A stretch of 64,000 bases of DNA from Octopus sinensis. Its lineage: Eukaryota. The stretch covers positions 79,794,001-79,858,000 of the forward strand of contig NC_042999.1 in the NCBI RefSeq assembly GCF_006345805.1, in the 5' to 3' direction. Of this stretch, positions 13,031 to 27,880 are shown piece by piece. Under the pieces are notes generated by a model. The model had not been told where the DNA came from and ran no database searches. It saw only the letters and a program-made list of their open reading frames with translations. The translations under genes and the position numbers were made by a program. The number at the start of each line of letters is the position of its first letter. The first letter of the stretch is position 1.

Positions 13031-14839
13031 CTATGAAAATAATCTTAAGGTTAAGATGCGACTATAGGACAACAACAATTTCATAATTTTTCTTTATTTA
13101 TCAATATAATAGAATACTCTACGTAACTTTTTTGTGGGTTACAATTTAGCGTTTGAAGTTGTTGAAGTTGTTCCAATTAATAAGATTTTTACTTTCTAAA
13201 CCATTTGACAGGAAACGAAGTCATTTTGTTTATTTTCTGCATTTGTCTCATAATTCCTAATGAAATAGTTTTGTAAATTATTCAGCAGCGTTTCCACTCT
13301 TTTGCTATAACAACACCTCAACGTAGTTGCTCCCTTTGTCTTTTATATTTGAAAGTTCATTCTAAATGCTTAACTAATATCATCTTGGATATAATAAAAT
13401 GCATTATGATTGACATACGTTACGCTGGACGACGGAAACTAAAACAACAAACCGAGTGGGAGTGAGTGACTGTCAGAGAGGCTATATGCAGCCGAAATGT
13501 AATGGGATTTTTTGCTCATGAAGTCATCGGTATTTTAATCAACATAAAACTAAATTTTGACTGTAATTATCGCAAATTCATTTTATCAGTTTCATGCACA
13601 CGTGCGCACATACACACACACACACACACACGCACATACACTCGCGCATACACGCACAGACACACACGTACACATACAGACACACACAAGTATATACAAA
13701 ATTGAATTTTGAATTCCTTTGTTTTAAAAGTATTGCGATCGAAGATAGAAAATTAGGTAACTGGTGTATATGGTGTATCATTGAAGCACACCTAAGCAAT
13801 TAATCGATCATGATAGAAGTTGATAGTTTTGTAAGCCAGGTTTGAAATCCATATGAAGCGCTGGAACTAACGAAATGTATCCAAATAAATAATACCTGAG
13901 AAGGGAAAAATATCGACTCATCGATGGTGTAATACATTACATTTTGATTTTTATATATTTACCCTCCAAAAGTATAAGCTTTCAAAGAAACAAGAACATA
14001 CAACAGTTACAATAGCGAGTCGCCTAATTAGAAATACAACAGCGGCTTTCCACAAAATATGAAAGTTTATTTATGTACGCGGAATAATGAATTTATGCAA
14101 GATTTTTCGAAAGTCTATGATATGACTGTAATGTGATTATTGATGTCTAAGGAGAGTATTGTGTATTCTTTGTAAAGAATACACAAGGGAAGAGAAAACT
14201 GACTTGATTACTTGCCATAAGAATGCATTCCGTTAAAGGCATCCAAAAGTCAAGTAGCGATCGTGAATTGGACAATGGGTTAAATATGTAGCACACAAAT
14301 ACTGGAACTATCGTTGCTACAGGTTTACTACAAGTTCCCGTCCACTAAATTCTAAATACAAAGCACATGAAGCTACGGTAAAAGGCACTTCACATCGGTG
14401 TGCCGTTCAATGGGGTTCAACCCCAAAATGCTTAGTTGCAAAGCAAATATTTTAACTGTACATCCTTATCTTCGTCTAATCTACTTATTACGAGATTAAT
14501 TAAAAAGAAAACAAAACAACACATACATATGTTGATATGTATATATGCAAATACAACCACTAATAAAAACACAGATCCATCGCTCTTTTTCATGTTATAA
14601 CTCGGGTATTCATAAATTTGTCATCTTTTATTTTCAATAATCTATTCATTTATATATATTTTTTCTCAGTCTGTCTGCCTGTCAGTCAGTCTGTCTGCCT
14701 ATCTACCAGTTTTATTCACTATATACTATGAATACCGTCTACTTATCTCACTGTGTATCTAAATACCTATTTTTCGTATACTGACTCCATTTATTTAATC
14801 ACTCTCTCTCTCTCTTACTCTCTCTTTCCCTGTCCCTAT

Positions 14840-14894
14840 TTGTCTGTCTATCTATCTATCAGTCTATCTGTCTGCCTGTCTGTCGGTCTGTTTG

Positions 14895-14980
<86 letters not shown>

Positions 14981-15025
14981 GCCTGTCTGTCTGTCTATCT
15001 ATATATCTATCTGCTTGTCTGTCTG

Positions 15026-15056
<31 letters not shown>

Positions 15057-15122
15057 GTCTGTCTGTCTGTCTATCCGTCTGTTTGTCTGTCTGTCTATCT
15101 GTCTATCTGTCTGTCTGTCTGA
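14840..15122. repeat. (TCTA)n/(TCTG)n microsatellite
   Basis: Visible directly. Confidence 0.95.
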
Positions 15123-17344
15123 CGTGTTTCTGTATCTCTTCCTATTCACTTACCCATTTGTTTTTCATTATTTTCAGTTATTTTATTCATTCTTTCATTA
15201 TTACGTTGCTTGCCTTCATTCTTACATTCTTAACATTTAATTCCTTCTTTTATTTCTTTGCTTTTACTATTTCATTCCTTCTTATATTTTCATTTAATGT
15301 TTCATTATTCCACTTTTATTCAGTAATTAAATTTTTCACTTACATACATTCCACCATCCAGTAATCATTTATTCATTTACTTCTTATTTTCTTTCTGTCT
15401 CTTTTTAAACCGAAACCACAAATGACACATCCACCATTTTGATTGATATACTTTACATATAAGAGAGCAACATAAATGAAATCTAATAAGGACAAGCAGA
15501 TAGTTTGATGAGAAAAAATCTGCCCCGTATTCTCAGTTACCCGTTTTCCACCCGACTCATTCCACCACCCGCCAATTTAATGTCAAGAAGAAGAAAAATG
15601 ATCTAGTAAGTTTACTCTCACTCGACACCCACCCATACAACTCAAGTATGCGCAGTCCTTCTTTATTTAATAGGAAATTGAAAGCGGATTTATCATTAAT
15701 GACACTCGGTGAAAATTCGGTAAATAGCCATCCTCGCAAAATCTGCTGGAATGAACGTCCGGAAACATAACTTATGTTTAATGTGACGTGATTTCTCATA
15801 CCTTAGCAAGCATTACATTGTTTGTCTAAGAAATCAAATTGTTTAAGGTTTCCTGTCTAAGAAATTATCTTGAAATGTTATTTCTATTACGTTTTTCTTT
15901 TTCCTTTCGAGATTTCACTGTATTTACCAAATAAATTCAGGTGTGCACAGCATCGGGTTTTAGCGGCTGGCCAGTTTACTTTTGACCTGGTGCACTGAAT
16001 AATATATTATTGACTTTTGTTGTTACTTTGATGCTATCTATGATACATTTGTGTTTTGTGTGTAGACTGTCTTATTGTTTTAACATTATCCTGTTAACGC
16101 AATATGTTTGTAAACTGCACTGATTTAGACACAAGTTCATACTATCGGTATCAGTAATTGAACATTAAATAACAATAAAATATTTGGTCGAATGTATCGA
16201 CTTAATCCTTCCTCTCAAAATTACTGCCTTCTTCCCAAATCTGAAACGATTATATCTGCAAGGCCATGCATTGAATACCCAGAGCCAATTCAACTATAAC
16301 GTTGTGACAGTTCCGGAAAGGGCGTTTGCTGTGTCTAGCGGTTTTCAAAATAATGTTTAAAATTGTGACCATTCGTATAGTTCTCACTGGTGTTCATGCT
16401 CTTCTGTTCTCTACTGCTTTCCTTCTTACACAATTAATCAGTTATTATTGTCCTTTAAACTTCCATTCAACTAGCTTCCAGTCTTTGTCGAGTTCTGTTA
16501 ATTCAAACAGAATTCAATCCCATTGAAAGTGATGCTCTAACTTTGCGAATACTTGAAAACTTTTTACCAGGAAGGGTTAAGAATATACGCCGGTGGATTC
16601 AAATTGCTTCTTGTTTGATTTCGCACATCAGAAATTTGTTATCTAACATACTTCAAAGAGAATTCCTCTACAAATGCATATCATACTGCATACTATTACT
16701 AAAACTAGTGCTGTAATATATTCCTACAATGTCTGCAAAATATTCGATAATTGTGTCATGCATTGGCCTTGTGCCACTATTTGAAACAAATATTTATGTT
16801 CGACGGTTATAATGGAAACAGGTTTGTGTGTCACATAGCTAGCTAGAGGCGATGGCCTCTTGGAGCTAATCAACAACAGCATTCATCCTAGTTTTCTGGA
16901 CTGCCATGTTAGCTTGGCGATAACTATTAACATGATAATAATTTCTTTTTTCTTAAATTAGCTGGAATTTACGAATTGTAGGAAATAATATACATTTGTC
17001 GAAATCGGTCTCAAATCATGATTGTTAAAAAATTCATGACTTTTACATAAGAAAAATCGGTCAAGTCTATCAATATACATAATATAGACAACTAAAGGTA
17101 AGGAAGGGAACTTGAATTTAGGCGTTAAAATGAAATTTTTTCTTCTACGTTTTCTGACATTGCACTGCTTTCAAGCCAAAGCGAAAAAAGCTACATAGTT
17201 GTTCGACCTTTCGTATTATATTTTCTAGAAACTGCACTGAAATCTCTCGTAAAGGTAATCTTCCGTCTCAAAATAAAAAAATGAAAGGGTACATTTGATA
17301 ATGTGCTCGTAGGCACGCATTGATTTAAAAAAAAAAAGGAGAAT

Positions 17345-17495
17345 TGTTTTACTGCGATACGTTCCGAGTTCAAATTCCATCGGGGTCAACTTTGCCTTTA
17401 ATCCTATCTGAATCGATCAAATACGAGCTAGTTCAGCACTGGGGTCGACGTAATCGACTGGTTCCCTTCTTCTCCACAATCTCAAACCTTGTGCG
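17345..17495 (+). mobile_element. SINE family A fragment
   Basis: gagttcaaattcc..gtcaactttgccttt..ctggggtcgacgtaatcgact. Confidence 0.75.
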
Positions 17496-17515
17496 TATTA
17501 TTATTATTATTATTA

Positions 17516-17561
<46 letters not shown>

Positions 17562-17569
17562 TATACACA

Positions 17570-17725
17570 CACGATGGGGTGCTGAAAAATTCCTGGCTTT
17601 GGATAAAACGAAATACAGGAGCAACAGTTAATTACAATTTTAAAGAATATGTCTCCACCATCCCCAGATGCACACACCTATAACAGTGATCCTTCAGTTT
17701 CTTTTCAAGCCCAGTAAAAGAGCAA
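17570..17725 (-). mobile_element. Mariner 3' end (transposase C-terminus + TIR)
   Basis: TIR-like acgatggggtgctgaaaaattcctggctt. Minus-strand FTGLEK..LKDHCYRCVHLG matches mariner GIxxLxxRWxKCxxxxG. Confidence 0.6.
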
Positions 17726-17832
17726 GGCCTTTTAAGATAGCCTTGCGGCCAGAAATTACCGCGTCTCGTATATATGTATGTGTAGATGTATACATATACA
17801 TATATATATATATATAATATATATATATAATA

Positions 17833-17877
<45 letters not shown>

Positions 17878-17878
17878 T

Positions 17879-17922
<44 letters not shown>

Positions 17923-17930
17923 ACATATAT

Positions 17931-17961
<31 letters not shown>

Positions 17962-18400
17962 TGTTTATATATGTATGTATATATAAGCATTATATATATA
18001 TATATATATATATATAAACAAGTAAAGATAAAACCAAAGCTGTCCAGGGCAAGATCTGAACTCAGAAAGACAATAATCATGGCATAAATAGGCTAGAGAA
18101 AAGAAAAAACAAACAACTGCAACATAATCAGTAATGCAGAAAGTTATGTTGTCGTGAACAGAAGAGGACGAGATTGGCATCGCATAATTTGGTACGAAGG
18201 AATGTATAAAAACTGATGTACACACAATACAACGTCATAATTCAGTTTTAAGAATACTGGAAAATAAAATACATAAATGAATAGATATACAAATAAACAA
18301 TTAAACCACAATAATAACAACAATAACAACAGCAAAAAACAACGGCAGCAACTAAACAACAAGCATAATGACGACGCTGACAATAATAATAGTAATAATG

Positions 18401-18451
<51 letters not shown>

Positions 18452-18644
18452 TATATATATATATATATATATGCTTATATGTATATGTGTATATATGCGT
18501 GTGTGTGTGTATGGTTATAATAAATTTCACCATAAATCAAAGACGCTAAAACGATTCCACAGACAATCTGGCAATTCGTATGATGAATATATCATGTGAT
18601 ATAAAACGATATTATATTATACCAGACATACATACTTATGCGCG

Positions 18645-18677
<33 letters not shown>

Positions 18678-19055
18678 TATATATATATTATATATATTAT
18701 TACATTCATGAATATGCGTATATACATATACACATACATACATGTTTATATGGTGAAATAAATACTTTCGGATTTGGGGAAGAAATATGAGAAAGGTTAT
18801 ACTAATGACTTCTGTCTGAACGTGTTATATATCAGTGAATCGTGGGAAGATGCTGTTTTCAGTTGTATTGTTGATCATCTCTGTGCCAAGATGTTGCCTT
18901 ATATTACTACAGAGTTTTATATGTTTATTTATGTATGTAGATATTTATACACATACATACATCATACATACATACATATATATATGTATTTATATATATA
19001 TTATATATATATATATATACTATGATTATATATATACTTATCTATCATTTATGCA

Positions 19056-19097
<42 letters not shown>

Positions 19098-19212
19098 TAA
19101 ATATATATACATACATATACATATATGTAAATATATATATATATATATGTACATATATATATATATATAATATATTATATATATATATATATATATACAT
19201 ACATATATATAT

Positions 19213-19263
<51 letters not shown>

Positions 19264-19441
19264 TATATATATGTACATATCATATATATATTATTTATAC
19301 AAACTTATTTACGTAGATGTAACATTTATGTTTATGTGTGCGTGTGTATGTCTGCGCGGTGTGTACTTGGGTGTGTATGTTTGTGCATGTGTGTGAAGAA
19401 AATGATATTCTATTATTCTATTTTATTATCAGTATGACGCT

Positions 19442-19778
19442 CAGGACGTGGCTAAGCTGGGGCAAAGCCGTTACCGTCAAGGCTTGTTTATTTTAGAATC
19501 ACATTTTTCCCTCTTTTAAGAACTGTTCCTGTTGAGTAGTGAATTGGCAGGAGTTGCCGTTCTCGGCAGCTCTTGCCGCGTTGCGGTTCATCTGCTATAT
19601 CAGATAAAACTTGTGTAATTGTTGTTCGAACAAATTTACGTGTTCACTTCGTAGATCCTTGAAGCCGTTTTTGCAAGGTATGAAGTAGCTGCAGGAACTC
19701 TGAACCCTAAATTGCTACATTGTCTCTTATTGTAGGCCAAGTTGTCAGATCTTTACTGTTATACAGAGTGGCGCCCTG
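19442..19778. mobile_element. Possible hAT-like MITE with internal hairpins
   Basis: Ends caggacgtggc / gtggcgccctg form imperfect TIRs. Strong hairpin at 19546-19577. Confidence 0.3.
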
Positions 19779-19864
19779 TGTATATATATATATAATAAAT
19801 TAATAAATAAAACATATGCATATATACATACATATATGTACGTACCTACTTCTACATGTATATA

Positions 19865-20205
19865 TACACGCATATATGGGTACAGGACACCAAAGAAACG
19901 TCGAACACAATGAGAAACGAAAACATAAACACAAAACCAAGGAACTGGACATTTTTCTTAAACAACGAAAAAATAGAGTACAGGACAAATAACACAAAGA
20001 AAATTCCCCTTCTTCAGTCGCCATGGTTTCATCTACTCTGCGTTTCGAAGGTGAAGGCGATACGCATCTTCGATAGAGACTTTCCTTCCCGCGTAAAGCA
20101 AATTAAATAAAATTTGAGATCTTTTTGCCGAGGGGTAAAAATGGTAACAAAAACAGGACAGTAACGACAGTACAAAATATAAACAGTAAAAGACAGGACA
20201 AGGAT
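19865..20205 (-). mobile_element. Putative PLE pLTR-type repeat (family also at 41118-41520 and 41668-41740)
   Basis: Shared sequence among three loci, all abutting (TA)n. Carries HHR-like half-motifs GAAAC..GTA and CTGAAGA. Confidence 0.5.
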
Positions 20206-20324
20206 ATATATATATATGCAAAAATACAGTTTACATTTAAACACATAAGAGGTAACGATTATAGGAAACCTAATAGGCTAGGTCACTGGTTGTAAAAATT
20301 TCAAAAAAATTTTTCTTACCCTGA

Positions 20325-20373
<49 letters not shown>

Positions 20374-20404
20374 GTTATTATATATATATATATATATATA
20401 TATG

Positions 20405-20757
20405 GAACAAAAATGCAACAACCGGAGAGATAGACGATAGAAAGGCGGACAGGAAAATCATCAAATAGAGTAACAGTAAAAAAGGACGGATCATTCGTGA
20501 ATTTCTTTCGTCAGTCAAATTTCCAGATTGTTCTCACAGTTTCGGGCAGTTGCAGTTGAGATTCTTCAAATTTGGTTGCCCTCCAAAAAGTGTAAGCTAA
20601 GAGCACGAGATTTTTTGTACGAAAGGAAGCGAATATGTACGACAACAAAGATAAAAAAACGGTGAACATTTTACACAATTACAAATACAAACAAGGATAT
20701 AACAACAGGTGTCTTTCGACTAATGAGAATGAATCAAATCGAGCTGGCGTCATAGAG

Positions 20758-20760
<3 letters not shown>
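20405..20760 (-). mobile_element. (TA)n-flanked interspersed repeat, possible PLE pLTR
   Basis: Bounded by (TA)n on both sides. Minus strand has GAAAC followed by CTGACGA. Confidence 0.35.
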
Positions 20761-20820
<60 letters not shown>

Positions 20821-21175
20821 TTTAAATTCGTTTATGGAAACGTTAAGGGTATACAAATAAAGCTCCTATTTCATTATGCCGGCTACCGTCTAATGACACT
20901 GAATAGTGAGTCAGTTTTCTAAATTGACTAGATTGGCCTTCTTACTGGCAAGAAGAAATAAACAGCTCACTGTGACTCGTCCACTAATTCAGTAGCGCCT
21001 GATGAAATGAATCAATGATGATGATCAACCCGATGCCCACGGATACTACGAACTATTCTGTACACATCCCAAGGATACGGACTCTGAAGTTTAAAATATT
21101 TTCCTATGGAAACGCGCGTAGCGATGTATCAAACTTTTATAAATTCCGTCTTAGAATTATTGTTATCATACACAC

Positions 21176-21237
<62 letters not shown>

Positions 21238-21910
21238 CACACACACACACACATACACACACATATGTATTGCTCCAACATCGCCGCAATGAAATGACTG
21301 AAACAGTTAACTCTAGGGAGTAGAACCTCAGGTCTTTTACTTTCTCATATAGCATGCTATTAGTGTTCTCAGTGCATTTCCTTGATTGTCGCGTTTGCCA
21401 TTCCCTAAAATTTTTCTTCGCTTCGTTGATCATGCACGTAGTAATATTCCAACGTTCAAATTTAGTATCAATTATATAGATCTCGGTTATAATCATGGCC
21501 CTTCAGTAGTCTGCCTCTACCCTTCATTAACAAATATAAATCAAAGAGCACTCGGCATTGTTTATCTAATTCCATTAATCCTTTGCACAATTCCACCATT
21601 CCAGAATGTAACTAAGTTACCCTTTTCCTTGCAGACGTCGATCATTTTCCCAGAGAAGACCAAATAATGCATCAGCCGAATTGATTTTGTAAACTCAAGA
21701 ATATTTCCTAACATTGTATATCTTGACAGCCATCCTATTACTATGTGAATAACGATTATATGCTTAAATAGGAACGAAAAAGAAAAACAAGCAAGCAATG
21801 GATGGAAATCCTAACACTAGATAAAAGAATTGACCTCTAGATTTTCCGTAAATTCATACACATATTCACACACTAATACATCCATGCACTGGCATAAAGC
21901 GTGTGTGTGA

Positions 21911-21944
<34 letters not shown>

Positions 21945-22322
21945 TCGGTTATTCTTTTACTTGTTTCAGTCATTTGACTGCGGCCATGCTGGAGTACCAC
22001 CTTAGTTGTGCAAATCGACCCCAGGACTTATTTCTTAAGCCTAGTACTTATCCTAGTGGCTTCTTTTGCTGAACTGTTAAGTTACGGGGGCGTAAACACG
22101 CCAGCACCGCTTTTCAAGCGGTAATGGGAGACAAATACAGAAACACACACACATATACATACATATGCTTCATTCAGTTTCCGTCTCCCAAATACCCTCA
22201 CAAGGCTTTGGTGGCCCTAGGCTTGGGTAGGTAGAAGTTACTTACCCAAGGTGCCACGGAGTGGAACTGAACCCGGAAAAATGTGGTTGGGAAACAAGCT
22301 TCTTACCACACACCTACGCTTG
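21945..22322 (-). mobile_element. SINE family D (internal microsatellite, CR1-like 3' stem-loop)
   Basis: Head gtgtggtaag..gggttcagttccac..cttgggtaag. Tail ggtactccagcatggccgcagtcaaatgactgaaacaagtaaaag. Confidence 0.85.
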
Positions 22323-24437
22323 ATATGAAATAAAATGGTTATTTGCATTGTCTACAGTGTCGTCGTAAAAAAGACGCTCAGACAGCGCTTGCTAAGTAAT
22401 TGCAGCAAAAATAAATGCATTAACCAGGTGCTTAAACATTGAAGTAAATGATATCCTACCGGTGGTTAGTGAATTATTCAACAAACACTTACTTTCTGAA
22501 AATGTCCGACCATATGAACCCAGAAGTGCAGGAGTCGCATGTGTTAGTAACGACTGGAAGGGAAACATTTGGATATAAAGTTTATGTAAGGCTATATTTC
22601 CAGTGAATATAAAAGAGATGACAGTATTAACATAACGGTGTGGCCTCACTTGAATTCGTAACTGCTACATCATACTATTATCTTGAAGACTACACTTTTG
22701 CAGTCCAAGAGCAAGAGCTAGCTATGAAATGTATCATGAACAAACGAGACAGTGAAATCCTTAAACCACAAGATACCACGCCAAGTGTCAATTATATCGT
22801 CTTCTCGATGACAAAACATGCAATCAACAGCAGCCGAAAATGTTATCGTGATAGTACATCCTGCGGCGACATTATGTCGCTAAAACGATATACAATGCCA
22901 TCTGCAGATAAGACTGCCATGGGATAAATATAAACAACACTGCTGCTACTGAATTACATAGTAACACACGATATATTGGTGGAACATTCCCATAAAAACG
23001 TGCAAGCGTAAGAGACCTGACATTGCTAATTGAGAGAGAAAGGGAAATTTCATGTACAGTCCTAGAGATTAACTGCTCTGCAGGTGTGAATATTTCTGCT
23101 AAAATCAGCGAGAAGAAAAATATCGATGGACAAGTGTTTCCAAAACTGTAGTTACACTGCACTGGTTATAACTTTATATTCGTATCAATAATCGGTGATA
23201 AAATTAGATTAGCAAATAATTAAAACCATACTAAAAATTTATGTATACCAAGCGAAGTGAAAGACCGGCTAACGTGAATTTTAGAGGCACAATTTGAAAG
23301 TGGAGCAGTAATTATATGCAAGACATTCTCAAAATTGGAATTGTAACATCATCCTTGCTGCTATCGAAAATCCAGCAATGGAGCTTTTGTTTCTGAATTA
23401 GAACCTAACTCCCTTCGCTAAAGAACAGCTCTTGTAATTAAAACACACAAACACACGCGCGCGCGCACAAACGCCGGCACACACGCACACACGCACACAC
23501 GCACACACACATTGATACATATACACACATATATACATACGTATATATATATATATACATATATATGCACATTTATATACATATATACATACCTTCACAC
23601 ACATATAAATATATATATATATATATATACATACATATTCACATATACATATACTTACATATATCTTGTTAATCTCATTGTTTGATCCATGCAAACGTCA
23701 GTTCACAAGAAACCATCAAAAGAGCTCAACAGAGGAGAGTAGAATCTATTATGTAACGTTTTCTAAGTTTAATGCAACCCATATTGTCAGATTTAAAAGC
23801 ACTCAATAAGAATGTGGTATTCAAGTGTTGCATTTAATGTTGGATTTAACCTTTCAATCGGATGTTGGCCATATGTATACAGTAGTACAAATATTCTATC
23901 TATTATCTATATCTACTATGGCTTTATAACTTTATATATCTGTCTTTCTGTCTATGTACACACATATACAAGCATTTTTATTTCTGCACACAATTACATA
24001 TACATACACACACATATATATATGTATATATCTACACATATATATGCATATATTTATATATATATATATATATATTAGCACACAAATACGTATATATACA
24101 TACACATACATACGTACATATATATATATATATTATATATATATGTGTGTGTGTGTGTATGTTTGTTTCTATGAGCGTATGTACGTATGTGCGTGTGTAT
24201 ATATATTTGCATATAATGATATGTTGATATGTAACATTAGTAAAGATTTGCATCTACCAAGCTCTTTTAATATTTCGATCAAATTATTTTTGTAACATCA
24301 CACGTTCCTCTCTTGTTTTTTTATTTTATCTCCTATATCATATTGCCATATATTTATTTCTTTTTCGATTATTATCATTATTATTATTATTATTATTATC
24401 ATTATTTTTATTATTATTATTATTATCATTATTATTA

Positions 24438-24507
<70 letters not shown>

Positions 24508-24573
24508 TGGAGTTGTTGCTTTTTCTTAATATCGGTCTGCTCACTTTTGCTGCAAAATTGTGAGCATAGCATC

Positions 24574-24627
<54 letters not shown>

Positions 24628-24807
24628 TGTGTGTGTGTGTGTTTGTTAGTGCGCATGCGTGTGTATGTTTACATATATATATATATTATATATATATATA
24701 CCAGCATAGTATAACAAAGTATGGTAGAGTTTCATAGCTGGTATTTCTTTCTCTGTACTACACATTATGTGCGTGTGTAATATACATATGTATGCATGTA
24801 CGCAAGC

Positions 24808-24857
<50 letters not shown>

Positions 24858-25032
24858 CTTATAAATTCGTATATATATAAATGTCTGTGTGCATATGTTT
24901 ATCTATGTATGTGTGTATGTATATATGTTATATATAATTATCTATCTCTTTAAGAATGTATCTTTCAAGTAACACACACTCTTTCTATCTCTTTCTACTT
25001 CTTTCTCTTTCACTCTCTCTCTCTTTCTCTAC

Positions 25033-25069
<37 letters not shown>

Positions 25070-25734
25070 TCTCTGTCTTAAAAAAATACGTACAGAAAAG
25101 TATCATTCTCATATGGCCCACACATGTTGCAAGGAACTGTTCCTTGTTTTTTAATCTTCTTCGTTTACTTACACGAGACCACGTGCAAAGAAAAAAGCTC
25201 CACCAAAAAATCATCTGTATATATTTAAAAAAAACAACACAACATAAACCCCACGAAACATATACCAATCGTATTTGCACATTAAATGGATTAATGGACC
25301 TGACAATGACAACCTTATTCCGAATTTGATGAATTCTGAGAATTCTTTTCGAGGCGCTTCATGCTCTACGAAGTTGCTTGTCTTTGTCATCCAGCACCTG
25401 TATAATATATTAAATGAATATGGCACATTTTATTATTATATTGCTTTCTTCCTTGGCATTGATGAGGTGTTGTGTATGTAATACAAAGGGTGGTGTGTGG
25501 TTAGCAACACTGGTAAAGTACATTAATGTTATTAATGGTTCACTGGTGGATCGTAGCGTTGGTAGTTAGACTGCTGGAAGAAACTATGGCGTACGGTTTC
25601 TTACGTCTGTGTCTTGGAATTACTTCAATGCTTTCTGAAATTAATAAAGACTGTACTAGTCGATTTGCACAGTGGCTATAATTGAAAACACTCCCTCGTC
25701 GAAACTAGTATGATTTTGTGGTTTTGTGCAATAT

Positions 25735-25990
25735 AGTCATCATCAACATCATCATCATCGTCAACATCATCACAATCATCATCAACATCATTATCGTCAT
25801 CGTCGTTATCGTTAGTATCATCACCGTCATCATCGTCAGCATCATCATTATCATCAACCTCCTCATCCTCATCGTCATTATCATCGCCGTCATCATCATC
25901 ACCAATATCATCGTCATAGTTTTCATATAACGTCTCCGGACATCATCATCGTCAACAACATCGTCGTCGTTGTCACCCTCCTCCTCATTC
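25735..25990. repeat. Degenerate (ATC/GTC)n microsatellite
   Basis: Visible directly. Confidence 0.85.
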
Positions 25991-27049
25991 TTGCAGAAGG
26001 AGGTGTTTCACGAAAGACGCCCTCGTCAGTTGACCCTCATTTGCGTTGTGGTCGTCAGCGTTTTGTCAGTGATCCACATATGATGCATATCCAGAAATAT
26101 TTACACTGTTGTGATTGACAACGACGACAAATACGTGGTGTGGATATCTTTCGTGGGACAAGTCTTTCTACAGCGCATCACTGTAACCGAGATGTATTCA
26201 TGGATCCAGCGTATATCGTGTTCGGATGTTTGTTATGTAGAATGTTGCCGACTGCTCATAGAACTTTAAGAACGCGACAAAGTTGTCTGCAAGAAAATAA
26301 CACTAAAATTCAATGGATGTTTAGTTATCAAGAACTAAAGATGGCCTCAGATTGGCTCAGGCCATCGACAAAAAAGGTTTGAACTGTCAATAATGGAGAG
26401 GGTGAAAACGAACAATTTTCCAAAATTCTTGGCATGTGGTGCTACAAAAGACCATTGCTTATTCGAGACAAGATTTACTGGCTTGCAAGTGCCTAAAATT
26501 AAACATGTCCAAGTGCTTGAAGAGGAATGAAAATATCCTATAGGCCGCTGTTCCGTGTCGTTGCCTTAATGAGTGATGGACTTATGTCGAACAGATGCCG
26601 CCACATGTAAGGACCGTTCGACAGTCCGTTAAGTCTATAATAATAATTGACGAGCGACATATCTTTAGCAAGGAAGAAAAGTAAATCTTTCTATGCTTGG
26701 TGAGATTGGCATTTCCAAACAACCCAACCTATCATGAGCTATTTCAAGTACCACTTGAAGGAGGAGATGGATTGATAGGGAGAGGCTGCCTTGTTGTGTA
26801 TTCAATAAGTGGATGATATTAGGAAGAGTGGTGAATCTGAATGGGTCTAGCATGTATATGCTATTCTGAGTAAGAGGAAAAATACAGAAAGAAGTGTCAT
26901 TTGATGCCTTGGGGTGACAGAGAAATTGCGGTCTTGCTCTGAATTACTCTAGGTTGACTGTCCCGTTAATGAGGAATTTTAATTTTTGCAATTTTTGTTG
27001 TAATTTTATTTTTGATTCATTTGTATGTGAGGCATGGAAACAGAAAATA

Positions 27050-27300
27050 TCTCTGCGATAATAGGTTTTTAAGAATTATGAAAAAACATGCAGAACAATA
27101 CATAAACAAACCCCCAGGACTTACAAATATTTATAACATACCGAAAATAGCACTGCTAGGCATTGCACATATTTTACATAGAGCACTTTCAATGAAATAA
27201 GAATACAAATACCGAAACAACCCACAGCGCATACCAAATGCACACAGAGCTGCACTCGGTCGTGCAGTGAAAGCATGCAACAAAAATAAGACTAGTTAAT
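27050..27300 (+). mobile_element. Dong/R4 LINE extreme 3' fragment
   Basis: IMKKHAEQYINKPPGLTNIYNIPKIALLGIAHILHRALSM is paralogous to the end of the 56797-57333 ORF. Confidence 0.75.
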
Positions 27301-27309
27301 TATGATTAC

Positions 27310-27618
27310 TCTTTCTGCTATAGGCACAAGACCCTAATTTACGAGGGGAGGGGACTAGTCGATTACGTCGATCCCAGTACTCAACTGGTACTTATTTTGT
27401 CAACGCTGAAAGAATGAAAAGCAAATTCAATCTCAGGTGCGTTCAAAATGCAGGAAGAGAAACCGGAAGAAATGGTCACCAAGCTTTCTTTTCCGACGTG
27501 ATAACGATTCCGCCTCCTCGCCACGATCTTAGTAATAAAAATAATAATAATGATGATGATGATGATAATGATGATGATGATGATGATGATGGTGATAATG
27601 ATGATGATGATGATAATA

Positions 27619-27690
<72 letters not shown>

Positions 27691-27880
27691 CTTTTCTACT
27701 ATAGGCACAAGGCCTGAAATTTTGGGGGAAGGGCCAGTTGACCAGTTCGACCGTAGTACTTATTTTATCAACCCCGAAAGGATGAATGGTAAAGTCGACC
27801 TCAGCGGAATTTGAACTCATAACGTAGCGACGGAGGAAGTACCACTAAGTATTTCGTCCAGTGCGCTAACGATTCTGCCA
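27310..27880 (-). mobile_element. Two SINE family A copies separated by (GAT)/(AAT)n
   Basis: Copies at about 27310-27525 and 27690-27880. Confidence 0.8.

Noticed and set aside
19762-19780. LTR end + tRNA-Lys primer-binding site (TGGCGCCC)
   Set aside because: Only 8 nt match and no retroelement internal sequence follows.
20995-21030. Hammerhead at CTGATGA
   Set aside because: No stem II/GAAA/stem I partner found.
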